Assembly: GCA_049903315.1 (NCBI GenBank)
Contig: JBNGBT010000010.1
Coordinates: 34,868 to 98,867 of the forward strand
DNA length: 64,000 bases
Reading direction: 5' to 3'
DNA from: Candidatus Cloacimonadota bacterium
GTDB lineage: Bacteria > Cloacimonadota > Cloacimonadia > JGIOTU-2
Both the position numbers and the translations under genes were made by a program. Positions 29,913 through 40,042 of the stretch are shown here, in pieces. Within the stretch, counting starts at the first letter, position 1, and the number at the start of each line of letters is the position of its first letter. A model generated the notes under the pieces. The model ran no database searches and was not told where the DNA came from. It worked only from the letters and a program-made list of their open reading frames with translations.

Positions 29913-30665
29913 TTATCTGTTCTCCAGCATGACAATTCTTTCGCGTACGATATCCAGGCGTTCATAATCAGGATACTGTTTTTGGATCTCTCTCAGCTGA
30001 GTAAGCGCTCCGGTATATTGTTCCATACCGATCAGGCACAGCGCAATTTTAAGTTTTGCATCAACGATTTTATTAGAATCAGGATAATTGATCACCACTT
30101 TATCGAAGTTGAAAATGGCTGTTTCAAACTGATCAAGCGAGTAGTAGCATTCACCGATCCAATACTGCGCATTTGATGCGAGATCGTTTTGAGGATATTC
30201 TTTAATAAAATCTGAAAATGTTGAGATCGATTTTCTGAAATCCTTATCAACGTAATACTGACGTCCGTTCTGATAGAGTCTTTCAGGAGTGATTTCATTT
30301 GATGGTGTCACAGGTTTTGTTTGGGTATTGTCTGCAACAGCCGGATTTGATCTGAGTTGAGAAAGGATCTGGTTTTGTGTTTCAATTTTGGATTCGAGAG
30401 TGTTCACTTTTACTTCTAAATTTGATACTTTCGATTGCAGCACTATGATCTGATCGAGTTTGCTGTTGAGCATCTGAAGATCAGCGGAGAACTCCTTCTC
30501 CTGCTGGTCTATTGCATCGGAGTTCATTTTTATCACTTCAGCTAGATACTGCATCTGCTGATCGGTTTGATTTACTGGCTGCTGGATATCAGTATAGGGC
30601 TTTTGTTGCGCACAATGAGCCAGAAGAAGCAAGAGTAATAATCCGAATACATATAATTTTTTCAC
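29913..30665 (-). CDS. cpoB: Tol-Pal protein YbgF/CpoB (coiled-coil plus TPR lipoprotein)
   Basis: LAHC lipobox, coiled coil, and NAQYWIGECYY...YPDSNK TPR. Confidence 0.85.
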   Translation of the reverse strand: MKKLYVFGLLLLLLLAHCAQQKPYTDIQQPVNQTDQQMQYLAEVIKMNSDAIDQQEKEFSADLQMLNSKLDQIIVLQSKVSNLEVKVNTLESKIETQNQILSQLRSNPAVADNTQTKPVTPSNEITPERLYQNGRQYYVDKDFRKSISTFSDFIKEYPQNDLASNAQYWIGECYYSLDQFETAIFNFDKVVINYPDSNKIVDAKLKIALCLIGMEQYTGALTQLREIQKQYPDYERLDIVRERIVMLENR

Positions 30666-30667
30666 CG

Positions 30668-32092
30668 TTAACCCCCGTAATGTTCGAAGAATATTTTATA
30701 AGCTTTATAGGTTGAATAGATATCTCCTTTGCTTGAAATCTCAAAAGGAGAGTGCATTGCAAGAAGTGGCGTGCCACAGTCAATGACTTCTGCATTGTGT
30801 TCAGCCATAAATTTTGCGATAGTGCCACCTCCACCCACATCAACTTTGCCGAGTTCGCCGACCTGCCAGTTGACATTATGCGTATTAAAAAGCGCACGCA
30901 ATTTTGCAATAAATTCCGGATGAGCATCGTTTGAGCCGCTTTTTCCTCTGGAGCCAGTGAATTTTGTCAGGCAAACTCCTGATCCGAGAAGGGGTGCATT
31001 CTGATGCTCATGGACTTCTTTAAAGGAGGGATTGATCGCGGCAGTGACATCGCCGGAAAGAATATTGGTTTTTGTTAAGACTTTTCTTAAAATTTTTGAG
31101 CTGTCATGTCCCTGGAATTCAATAATATCAGAAATAAAATCAATAATAAACTCAGAACGGGCACCCGTATTTCCTTCACTGCCTATTTCTTCTTTGTCTG
31201 CCAGAAATACGATTGAAGGAAGAGCGCGTTCATCTATGTCCAGAAGTGAGCGCAGCGCAGTATAGGAGCATACTCTGTCATCCTGTCCATATGCGCCGAC
31301 CATACTTGCATCAATTCCCACATCCTTGCTGGAAAAAGCAGGAACGATTTCAATTTCTGCACTGATAAAATCCTCTTCAGTGATGCCGTATTTCTCATGG
31401 AGAATATTCAAGCAGTTCAGTTTAACAGTATCTTTTATATCATCATCTGGGAAGGGTATTGAACCAAAAAGGAGCTGAAGTTTATCTGCGTTAATAGCTT
31501 CTGAGATTTTTTTATCATTATAATCTTTTGCTAGATGTGGAAGAAGATCAGCAAAAGTGAAAACAGGATCGCCGTCATTATCGCCAATAGAGATATCGAT
31601 GCGGGAACCGTCTTCCTTACATATGACACCATAAAGAGCGAGAGGAATTGCCATCCATTGATATTTCCTTATACCGCCGTAGTAATGGGTCAACATAATT
31701 CCGAGCTGGGTTGTCCCATCTTCAGAAAGAGGAACCTGCTTCAGATCGACACGAGGAACATCAACATGGGCTACGATAAGGTTACATCCATTTGAAATAT
31801 CTTTTTTGCCTGCTCGAAAAATTGCAATATTCTTATCGCGATTTATTCTATAATAACCGGGTGCTTTTTTAGTAGGATTAGAAGCAAGTGGCACGTACTT
31901 GAAAGCTTTTAAAATTTGCTCGCTTAGCTCTACAGAAAGCCTTTCAGTCTTTGCTTCATCAATGAACGCACAATATTCATCAGCAAATACAAATGCATTT
32001 TCACGTTCTGTTTCAGAACTAATTTTCCAGAAATTCTTCTTCTTGTACGAGAGCTTATCCTGCAATTCTTTTCCTTTTGAAGATTTGGTCAT
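30668..32092 (-). CDS. M18 family aminopeptidase
   Basis: AHVDVPR, HYYGGIRKYQW, GQDDRVC, DKEEIGS, GGGGTIA and MHSPFE. Confidence 0.92.
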   Translation of the reverse strand: MTKSSKGKELQDKLSYKKKNFWKISSETERENAFVFADEYCAFIDEAKTERLSVELSEQILKAFKYVPLASNPTKKAPGYYRINRDKNIAIFRAGKKDISNGCNLIVAHVDVPRVDLKQVPLSEDGTTQLGIMLTHYYGGIRKYQWMAIPLALYGVICKEDGSRIDISIGDNDGDPVFTFADLLPHLAKDYNDKKISEAINADKLQLLFGSIPFPDDDIKDTVKLNCLNILHEKYGITEEDFISAEIEIVPAFSSKDVGIDASMVGAYGQDDRVCSYTALRSLLDIDERALPSIVFLADKEEIGSEGNTGARSEFIIDFISDIIEFQGHDSSKILRKVLTKTNILSGDVTAAINPSFKEVHEHQNAPLLGSGVCLTKFTGSRGKSGSNDAHPEFIAKLRALFNTHNVNWQVGELGKVDVGGGGTIAKFMAEHNAEVIDCGTPLLAMHSPFEISSKGDIYSTYKAYKIFFEHYGG

Positions 32093-32101
32093 GAGATTCC
32101 T

Positions 32102-33220
32102 TTATAAATTTTCTGCAACAGCATGCGCCATGTCAAGAGTTGAGGAGTTGCCGCCCATATCATAGGTGCGAACATTTCCTTCTTCAATAACATTTGCAAT
32201 AGCATTCATAAGGCGGTCAGCTTTTTCTTTTTCACCTAAATAGTCAAGCATAAGTTTTGTGGTAATAAGCATGGCTATTGGATTTACTTTATATTGTCCT
32301 GCATATTTGGGAGCACTTCCATGAGTTGGCTCAAAAACTGCGAGTTTATCTCCGATATTTCCACTCGCGGCAAAGCCAAGTCCACCGACAAGTTGAGCAC
32401 AGAGATCGGAAATAATGTCACCAAACATGTTGCTGGAAACAAGCACCCCATATTTTTGAGGATTTTTCACAAGCCACATTGCCATAGCATCGACATTTGT
32501 TTCCCACAATTCAATTTCAGGATAATCCTGTGCGACCTTGCGTGCTTCACGCACCATTAAGCCGGAAGTCTCCCTGATGACATTTGGCTTTTCCACTATT
32601 GTAACTGATGAATAGCCGTGCTTCTTTGCATATTCAAAGGCATTCCGTACAATTCTATGACAGGCTTCCCTTGTGAAAATTCTGCAGGAAAGGGCAAGAT
32701 CATCAAGAGGTGTATCTGCAAATTTTGCCATTTTCTTGTGGTTTTTTGAGAGTGCATCAAATACTTCCCGGGGCACTGGATGGAATTCCACACCAGCATA
32801 GAGCCCCTCAGTATTCTCTCTGAAAACAACAATATCAATGTCGTCTCTGTAGTTCAGCGGATTTCCTTTAAATGCTTTGCAGGGTCTGAGATTTGTATGC
32901 AGGTTAAATTTCTGCCGCAAACCAACGATCGGGCTGGAATACACAAGCCCCTTGCCCTGAAGTTCGGGGATGAGTTCTGCTTCAGCTTCCTGTTTTGGCT
33001 TAGAGGTGATGGCACCAAAAAGTGCACAATCAACATTATTAAGAAGTTCAATAGTTCTGTCCGGGAGTGGATTTCCTTCTGTTCTCCAGAATTCCCAACC
33101 AATGTCGCCGTGGATGTATTCTGCATCCAACTCAAGGGTGTCAAGGATGATTTTAGCAGCTTCCATGACGTCGTTTCCTACTCCGTCTCCGGGAAGCCAT
33201 GCAATGCGGTATGTGCTCAT
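32102..33220 (-). CDS. Isocitrate/isopropylmalate/homoisocitrate dehydrogenase family protein
   Basis: LPGDGVG, RENTEGLY, NMFGDIISD and FEPTHGSAP. Start taken at ATG 33220 after GAGGAG. Confidence 0.9.
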   Translation of the reverse strand: MSTYRIAWLPGDGVGNDVMEAAKIILDTLELDAEYIHGDIGWEFWRTEGNPLPDRTIELLNNVDCALFGAITSKPKQEAEAELIPELQGKGLVYSSPIVGLRQKFNLHTNLRPCKAFKGNPLNYRDDIDIVVFRENTEGLYAGVEFHPVPREVFDALSKNHKKMAKFADTPLDDLALSCRIFTREACHRIVRNAFEYAKKHGYSSVTIVEKPNVIRETSGLMVREARKVAQDYPEIELWETNVDAMAMWLVKNPQKYGVLVSSNMFGDIISDLCAQLVGGLGFAASGNIGDKLAVFEPTHGSAPKYAGQYKVNPIAMLITTKLMLDYLGEKEKADRLMNAIANVIEEGNVRTYDMGGNSSTLDMAHAVAENL

Positions 33221-33221
33221 C

Positions 33222-33704
33222 TTACTCCTCATATGTGATATTTTTTATTGTATATTCTAATATGCCGACAGGGGCTTTAACTTTTACTGTTTCGCCAATA
33301 TTCTTACCAAGAAGCGCTTGTGCAATTGGTGATTTAAACGAGATCATTCTTACACTCTTTGTTTTCCCAGTTTCATCTTCACCGACTATTTTATAATTCA
33401 ATATCTTATTTCTTCTTTTATCAAGCAACTCGACTGTGGCACCAAAACGGATAGAGTTTTTATCAATATCATCTGAACTAATGACTTTCAGGCACGAAAT
33501 TTTTGCCTGAAGTTTTGATATCTCAGCTTCGATAAAGCGCTGTTTCTCTTTGGCAGCGTGGTATTCTGCGTTTTCACTGAGATCGCCAAATTGACGGGCT
33601 CGTCCAATTTCTTGTATGATTGCCGGGCGTTCTTCCTGGATGAGATGTTCTAACCGTTTGCGAAGATTTTCAAGCCCTTCTTTCGAAATATATTCTTGTG
33701 CCAT
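33222..33704 (-). CDS. greA: Transcription elongation factor GreA
   Basis: GDLSENAEYHAAKE and ISFKSPIAQALLG. Start taken at ATG 33704. Confidence 0.95.
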   Translation of the reverse strand: MAQEYISKEGLENLRKRLEHLIQEERPAIIQEIGRARQFGDLSENAEYHAAKEKQRFIEAEISKLQAKISCLKVISSDDIDKNSIRFGATVELLDKRRNKILNYKIVGEDETGKTKSVRMISFKSPIAQALLGKNIGETVKVKAPVGILEYTIKNITYEE

Positions 33705-34525
33705 TATGATCTCTTCAACTTTTTCAAAGTTTTTTCTGCGTTGTATGCAGCTTTTTTTATACGGATATTTCCGCTTTTTTCCCATCTCTCGACGATCTCG
33801 CGAATTAATTGAGAATTCTCTGATATTGAATCTGAAAGAATCTCAATAAAGTTTGGGTTATAGGTTGATTGATAGGATCTGTAAGTGTCTCGGTATATCC
33901 TTTTATCAATTTTGTAAAGGCATTTCAATACTTGCACGATACCGTGGCGAATCATCTTATTTTCAGAATTCCAGAAGGAGTCGATTTTTTGATTGATTGT
34001 CTTCGCTTTTGCTTTATTCACTTTCATGTATTTACAAAGTGTTGCAAATGCACATTCAATTACATCATCTTTGGGCTCCTGGCGGATTGTGCTGATGATG
34101 TCATCAATATATTTATCAGGATACTTTTTAAGAAGAGGAAGGATAATATTATCAAATATTTTTTTTATTTCACTTTTATCACGAGTGTCCGTAATTGCTT
34201 TTTTAAAGATTTCATCGTATTCACCGGGATGTTTAAACATTACTTTGCTCATCACGTAATTAAAGATCTTCTTACCGTTCTCACCTTTTCTCTTCTGGAT
34301 AAAAAGTAAAAAATCCATATAGGTCTCAGGATCGTTTTGAATAACTTTTCTCATCTCTTTTGCAACATACGTGATCACAGGTTGAGGTACTTCTCCATTT
34401 ACACGTTCAGGATATGCATTATAAATAATTTCAAAATCATAGTCTTTATCGGGTATCTTATGCTCAAGAAAATCAAGCGTATCTTGATTCAGTCTTTGTT
34501 GCCAGTCATATGTAATCATGATCAT
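33704..34525 (-). CDS. Hypothetical alpha-helical (HEAT/ARM-like) protein
   Basis: 273-aa ORF translationally coupled to greA; helical periodicity only, no recognised motif. Confidence 0.65.
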   Translation of the reverse strand: MIMITYDWQQRLNQDTLDFLEHKIPDKDYDFEIIYNAYPERVNGEVPQPVITYVAKEMRKVIQNDPETYMDFLLFIQKRKGENGKKIFNYVMSKVMFKHPGEYDEIFKKAITDTRDKSEIKKIFDNIILPLLKKYPDKYIDDIISTIRQEPKDDVIECAFATLCKYMKVNKAKAKTINQKIDSFWNSENKMIRHGIVQVLKCLYKIDKRIYRDTYRSYQSTYNPNFIEILSDSISENSQLIREIVERWEKSGNIRIKKAAYNAEKTLKKLKRS

Positions 34526-34531
34526 TTACCT

Positions 34532-37500
34532 TTATCGAATTATCGCAATTTTACCTTTTTTATATAAATCGGAATATTTTATCAAATAAAAATACATTCC
34601 GGATGCCACTTTTTTACCAGACTGATTTGAGAGATCCCACTCAGCACTGTTATAATCTTCAGAAAGAAATTCTGCGGAAAAGTTGTCCACAAGGTTTCCT
34701 TCAAGGTCATAGATATAGAAATCAGCAGTACCAGAGGTGGGGAGGTTTTGGAAATATACTGTTTCATTTTCGATCGTTGCAGGATTCGGAAACACGGCAA
34801 CATTATCAAGATCGGTGATGGGGATAGTGATCTTAATCAGATTTTTCCCAGGGAGAATGCGGTTGCCTGCAAGATCGGTCACATTGAATATCTTAATGAA
34901 ATAAGGTTCGCCAATCGGTTTGATATTACGAGTAAGAGTAAGGGTGACAGATTCATTGGTGACCTGAATCTGGGAAATACTGTTCGCTTCAGCTTGCTCC
35001 GGGAAAAGCAGTGAATAATTCGAAATGTTTCCTGCAGTAAATGGATCGATTGTTTCATTAAATCCAATATGAATTTCTTTGCCGCTTTCAAGGGAGCTTG
35101 ACGCAATATATGGTCTGGTAAGATCTTCCTGATATGTAAACGTAACTAGTGTGTCAGCCATGGGTGTATTAAATATCCCAACAATGTTTTCTATGTTTAT
35201 CTCATAAGGAGAATCTATTTCCTGGAGCGGGGCAGCAAAAGTAAGGAGCAAACTGAGTTGGCTGTTTGTAGGAATCACAGATTCGGGATATCTATATACT
35301 TCCATATAAAAATTGGAAACCTGCTCGCAATTCTTGTTCAGAGTTTTATTGAAATTCAGCAATATGCTATTAAGTGAGATCATATTAACAGATTGCAAAG
35401 AAGGGGGATCAATTGGAATTATCTCAGCCGGCAATGTGCTGTAACTTTCCTGCCCATCTTTCAATGCAGATAGAGAGTAATAATAGAGGCTGTCGGGCAT
35501 CACCTCGGAATCCGAATAAGAGGTTTCATTTCCTGGGATTGCAATAATTTCAATATCATTATCCTGCTCTTTGTAAAGATAGAAAGAGTCTGCTATTTGA
35601 GAATTCCAAGTTAGAGAAACACTATTTTTGCTCATGGGTCTTGCGTAGAAGTTTTGGGGCATTGGAGTTGATGGAGCAGCTGTAGGAAAGGAGGAAAGCG
35701 CGAGAACGAGAGAATCATTCTGATCATAATGGTTATAAACTGCCTTATAAAACCCGTTATTATCTATGTCAATACAAACCGGTTGATACGTTCTGTAAGA
35801 TGAACCAACCCATTTCGGAACAATATCATAGGATTTTCCGTCATCAAGGAGTTCGAAAATATAAATATCGGGAGCAGCAGCAATCACGATCTCATCAGCG
35901 CCATCACCATCAAGATCACCAACAGATATTCCATTATTCGAACTTACGCCAGCTATCTGAATATAATCAAGAAGTGTAGGATTTCCATCAATGTATTTAT
36001 ATACGGCATAAAGCCAGAACTGGTTATTCACATCGTCATCATCATTAGAGTAACCACCAACTATGAATTCGAGAAGCCCGTCTCCGTCGAAATCTCCCAC
36101 AGCATTGTAGTATGTATTCCGAATGGGAATTTTCAAAGAATCGATCCGCTGTACTGAATAATTGTTATTTATTTGGTAGACCAGTATATCACCATCAATA
36201 TCAGAAAAGAGAATATTTCTCTTGCCATCATTATTTAGATCGCCAAACCGGATGTAAGGAGAAAGTTCATTTCTGGAATAGGTATGCGTATTGTTGAGTA
36301 TCATGCATTCCAGGTTAAAATTATCTCCGTTCCGGGAGTACACATCATAATGAGAATATGTTCCGATAATATCGGCAGAGCGCACGACCAGGTCATCCTT
36401 TCCATCGTTGTTGAAATCATAAAAGGTGCCGGTATATGCATCTTTGATCGAATTTACATATCTACTCGGGAAAGAAGTTGAGGTAACTGCCTCGAATATC
36501 AGCATGGAATCTGCACGATTTCCAAGTATTTCATGATTTCCATCCGCATCAGTGTCACCTATGCTCCAAGGAATAAATGAGTTACTCATAGTATGAACGA
36601 CATCGAGTTCATTGCTCTGATACTCGCAGAAGCGGACCGGACCGTATGAGCCTTCATCGGGAAACTCCATAAATATGAGTTCGATCTTACCATCTCCATT
36701 GATGTCATACTTATTGGAACATAGATAGACAGAGTGCGAATATGAAGCTATGGGATCGAATCCGCTTGTAGGAATCGTGCTGTTATCAATCGTAATAGCA
36801 TCCGAAAAAATAGTGGAATTCGTTGTAAGACCTGAATGATTTTGAATTGATAAGTAGTAGGAATACGTTTCATCCGGAAGGTGCTGCGGAAGCTTTAGTG
36901 TCGTAAAGTAATCGTATTTTTTCTGGATCAGTGAGAAGGTGTCTGCATATGCTGAAAAACAAGTGGCATAAAATTGTGCGGGTTCCTTTGCTGTGGAGAG
37001 AATGTAATAATCCTTTTTGTCAAAATTATATCGCGAGGTTGATGCAGTGGCATTTGGTACAAACTGAGGAGGTGTCCTGTCAACACTGATCTTTACGATG
37101 TCTATATAATTTTTCCCATGAAAATCTTTCATGCTTAGGCGGATGTAGTATGTAGAATCCTGAATGCCGTTGAGAATGAATGTGCCGAGAGTATCATCAA
37201 CTACAGGATCGGTATATAAGGTTGGTTCAGGATTATGAGTGATGACATCGAGCCAGTCATTTGCGACGGGCTCCTGTTTTGTCGTATAGCTAAGTGTATA
37301 ACAGAAAAAATTTTCGCAATATGCAGTTCCGATAATTGGAATATCCTGTATGTAGCCAGTATTGTAAGGTGGATAAAAGATCGCTGAAAGTGGCTTAAAA
37401 TCTGCCCCGGCATTTTGCATGAGTTTTTCCGCATCGATAATTCCATATCCATACACATTATCATACCCGCCATCCCCAAGATCATTACAAGATATTTTGA

Positions 37501-38695
37501 TAAGATTGTACACTTCGATATTAGAAAGGAGCGGATTCTGCGAAAGAAGTAATCCTGCACATCCTGCAACAAATGGTGCTGCCATCGAGGTGCCGCTTTC
37601 AGTTTTATATTCATTGTTCAGATAAGTGCTGTAAATACTCAAGCCAGGTCCGCAAAGATCAACACCTTCTCCGTAACTGGAGAATGAGCATATTTTAAGA
37701 TTTTCGTCAACTGCGGTCACCGATAGCACATTATCAAGAGCAGCAGGATACAAAAGCCCCACGCCACCCTCATTACCTGCAGAAGCTACAATGGATACAC
37801 CAAGATTATACGCATAATTGCAGGCATCGTTAATGATTGGGGCTAATACAGCGTCCCCCCAGCTTATGCTTATAATCTGTGCACCGTTATCGGCAGCATA
37901 AACGATAGCTGCGGACACATCATCATCCTCAAGATATCCGCCAAGTGTCGTGCGGAAACCAGCTCGAAGATTCATGCATTTTGCAAACCATGTAGTGCCT
38001 GAAACACCAAGGTGATTGTTGGTTTGAGCAGAAATGATTCCTGCAATATGTGTGCCATGCCCGAGATCGTCTCTCGGATCGTTGTCTCGCTCGCGGAAAT
38101 CTCCCATTGCGTCGACAATATCAGTTTCTGTAAAGTCCCAACCCATCCAATCATCGATATAGCCATTATTATCATCGTCGATAAAATTATCAGGTATTTC
38201 ACCATGATTGATCCAGATATTCTGTTCGAGATCGGGATGGTCATATTCAATCCCGGAGTCTATGATAGCTATGACAACCTGCTCATTTCCTTTTTCGATC
38301 TCCCAGGCATTGCCTGCATTGATCGCAGGCAAACCCCATTGCTGATAGTAATAGGGATCATTTGGTGTGATAGAAAGCATCTCATTCAAGTAGTTCGGTT
38401 GAGTATAAATGATAGAATCATCTTTTTGAGAAAGTTCTTCGAGGGCTGAGAAATCTATTTCTTTTGCGCAGGTAAATTTGTACACATGCAGAGCGGGTTT
38501 CTCAATTATCGCTGTGGATGATTGAACTTCGAACCGATCAAGGATAGAATCGAAGGCGTCGATACCTGTTGTGCAGTCTTTGAATACAACTTCTTGTGAG
38601 AAACGAGCTATTAGTTCATGAGACGAATAGTGGGGTTTTCCCCAAAGCTGCGAAGCATAAACAAGACACAAAAGGATGAGTGCGATCTTTTTCAT
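34532..38695 (-). CDS. Secreted S8 subtilase with FG-GAP/VCBS repeats, FN3/Ig domains and a T9SS/FlgD-type CTD
   Basis: Catalytic triad IIDSG, HGTHIAG, GTSMAAP; repeated GDxDGDG motifs; C-terminal VFPNP...WD...VASGMYFY...KIAIIR. Confidence 0.92.
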   Translation of the reverse strand: MKKIALILLCLVYASQLWGKPHYSSHELIARFSQEVVFKDCTTGIDAFDSILDRFEVQSSTAIIEKPALHVYKFTCAKEIDFSALEELSQKDDSIIYTQPNYLNEMLSITPNDPYYYQQWGLPAINAGNAWEIEKGNEQVVIAIIDSGIEYDHPDLEQNIWINHGEIPDNFIDDDNNGYIDDWMGWDFTETDIVDAMGDFRERDNDPRDDLGHGTHIAGIISAQTNNHLGVSGTTWFAKCMNLRAGFRTTLGGYLEDDDVSAAIVYAADNGAQIISISWGDAVLAPIINDACNYAYNLGVSIVASAGNEGGVGLLYPAALDNVLSVTAVDENLKICSFSSYGEGVDLCGPGLSIYSTYLNNEYKTESGTSMAAPFVAGCAGLLLSQNPLLSNIEVYNLIKISCNDLGDGGYDNVYGYGIIDAEKLMQNAGADFKPLSAIFYPPYNTGYIQDIPIIGTAYCENFFCYTLSYTTKQEPVANDWLDVITHNPEPTLYTDPVVDDTLGTFILNGIQDSTYYIRLSMKDFHGKNYIDIVKISVDRTPPQFVPNATASTSRYNFDKKDYYILSTAKEPAQFYATCFSAYADTFSLIQKKYDYFTTLKLPQHLPDETYSYYLSIQNHSGLTTNSTIFSDAITIDNSTIPTSGFDPIASYSHSVYLCSNKYDINGDGKIELIFMEFPDEGSYGPVRFCEYQSNELDVVHTMSNSFIPWSIGDTDADGNHEILGNRADSMLIFEAVTSTSFPSRYVNSIKDAYTGTFYDFNNDGKDDLVVRSADIIGTYSHYDVYSRNGDNFNLECMILNNTHTYSRNELSPYIRFGDLNNDGKRNILFSDIDGDILVYQINNNYSVQRIDSLKIPIRNTYYNAVGDFDGDGLLEFIVGGYSNDDDDVNNQFWLYAVYKYIDGNPTLLDYIQIAGVSSNNGISVGDLDGDGADEIVIAAAPDIYIFELLDDGKSYDIVPKWVGSSYRTYQPVCIDIDNNGFYKAVYNHYDQNDSLVLALSSFPTAAPSTPMPQNFYARPMSKNSVSLTWNSQIADSFYLYKEQDNDIEIIAIPGNETSYSDSEVMPDSLYYYSLSALKDGQESYSTLPAEIIPIDPPSLQSVNMISLNSILLNFNKTLNKNCEQVSNFYMEVYRYPESVIPTNSQLSLLLTFAAPLQEIDSPYEINIENIVGIFNTPMADTLVTFTYQEDLTRPYIASSSLESGKEIHIGFNETIDPFTAGNISNYSLLFPEQAEANSISQIQVTNESVTLTLTRNIKPIGEPYFIKIFNVTDLAGNRILPGKNLIKITIPITDLDNVAVFPNPATIENETVYFQNLPTSGTADFYIYDLEGNLVDNFSAEFLSEDYNSAEWDLSNQSGKKVASGMYFYLIKYSDLYKKGKIAIIR

Positions 38696-38703
38696 TGAGT
38701 ATC

Positions 38704-39609
38704 CTAAAAGTTATATGATACAGAAAATCTGTGAGCCGTGCCGATATCATTCTGGTATGGAGTAAAAGCATAATCAAAGTTAAAATCGTTGAGTTTGATT
38801 CCAATTCCAGCTGTGATATTTTGCTCATCATAGTTAATTTTATATCCCAAGCGGGAAAATATCATATCAGAAAAACCATATTCAAAACCGAGATTTGCCT
38901 TGATGCTTTCTGATGAGAACTTTGCTACTTCTCCAGAAAAAGTGAGTATATTTTGTTCATTCACTTCCCACAGATATTGAGAACCGAGTTTCATCACAAG
39001 CGGGAAAGAGATACTCTCTTCTTTAAGCTTTGATGATGTGCCGACATTTTGCAGGACCATACCAAAATTAAGCCCTTTTATGAACGAATCATAGATTGCA
39101 CCAAGGTCAAAACCGATACCGTAACTTGCTTCCGTATCGATCTTTTCGTAAATCAACTTGATATTTGCACCTAAAGAAATACTCGGCGTGATCCTTCGTG
39201 CATAAGTGAAGCTCGAAACGATATCCTGGGGATGGAATTCGCCGATAGTATCACCCTGTGCATCGGTTTTCGGTATCATTCCGTAATCGAGGTATGTGAG
39301 TCCGAGTCCCCAGCTGCTTTTGCCATTGCGCACGATAAGTGACGCATTTTCAATATTGTTATCAAAGATGTAGCTATTGTGATTAAAACAGAAATTTGAT
39401 GATGGACTGATCTGGACCGCAGCAGGATTTGACCATAAAATAGTTGCATCTCCTGGAGAAGCAATAACGGCATTTGCCTTACCGGCATTCCGCGCGCTTA
39501 AGCCGATCTTCAGTATCTGGAAACCGTATTTCTCTGGAGAATCAGCAGCAAAAGAGGTCAGTGTAATAACGAAAACAAAGAGTAACAGCAAGACTATTTT
39601 TTTCTTCAT
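38704..39609 (-). CDS. PorV/PorQ-family outer membrane beta-barrel (T9SS shuttle-like)
   Basis: FQILKIGLSAR, WSNPAA, YLDYG, GFDLG and C-terminal HRFSVSYNF; lies among CTD-bearing genes. Confidence 0.8.
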   Translation of the reverse strand: MKKKIVLLLLFVFVITLTSFAADSPEKYGFQILKIGLSARNAGKANAVIASPGDATILWSNPAAVQISPSSNFCFNHNSYIFDNNIENASLIVRNGKSSWGLGLTYLDYGMIPKTDAQGDTIGEFHPQDIVSSFTYARRITPSISLGANIKLIYEKIDTEASYGIGFDLGAIYDSFIKGLNFGMVLQNVGTSSKLKEESISFPLVMKLGSQYLWEVNEQNILTFSGEVAKFSSESIKANLGFEYGFSDMIFSRLGYKINYDEQNITAGIGIKLNDFNFDYAFTPYQNDIGTAHRFSVSYNF

Positions 39610-39639
39610 AGTTTATTTTATCCTAATTTTTTTATATAT

Positions 39640-39670
39640 AAAATCCTCTCATCAACTGCGATAAGAGGAT
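39640..39670 (-). terminator. Intrinsic terminator after the small Zn-ribbon gene
   Basis: Minus strand ATCCTCTTATC-GCAGTT-GATGAGAGGAT followed by TTTATAT. Confidence 0.6.
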
Positions 39671-39711
39671 ATTTTGGTAAAAAACCAAATGCAATTATGA
39701 AAATAACAATC

Positions 39712-39909
39712 TTATCCTAAGATCTCCTTCTCATTACATTTGCAGATTTGAACAACTTCTCTTTTCGGAGACCATTTACCATCTTCTTTATGTCTATTTC
39801 GGATAACTTTTATGGTAGTCATTTCTGTATTACATACTGGGCAGACGACCTTTCTCTTACCGGCACTTGCATGAGCTAATTTAGCTGCAAAGGTTCTTAC
39901 TTTCGGCAT
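39712..39909 (-). CDS. Small basic Zn-ribbon protein (65 aa), possibly related to DUF4295/bL38
   Basis: AAGGAG RBS before ATG 39909; MPKVRTFAAKL...CPVC...GKW...CKC; followed by its own terminator. Confidence 0.75.
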   Translation of the reverse strand: MPKVRTFAAKLAHASAGKRKVVCPVCNTEMTTIKVIRNRHKEDGKWSPKREVVQICKCNEKEILG

Positions 39910-40042
39910 TTTCAACTCCTTTTTGAATTGACACATAAGTCCTGTGCGTAAGGACTGGTGTCAAGTTTTTCATCGGTGATGAAATTATTGTTTATTTATA
40001 TATTTTTTTTAAAGTTCAGGTCAATATTATATGTTATTATTT

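Noticed and set aside
29912..29965. Longer bamD start, and likewise greA 33705-33785
   Set aside because: These extensions overlap upstream genes; the downstream ATGs give family-typical N-termini.
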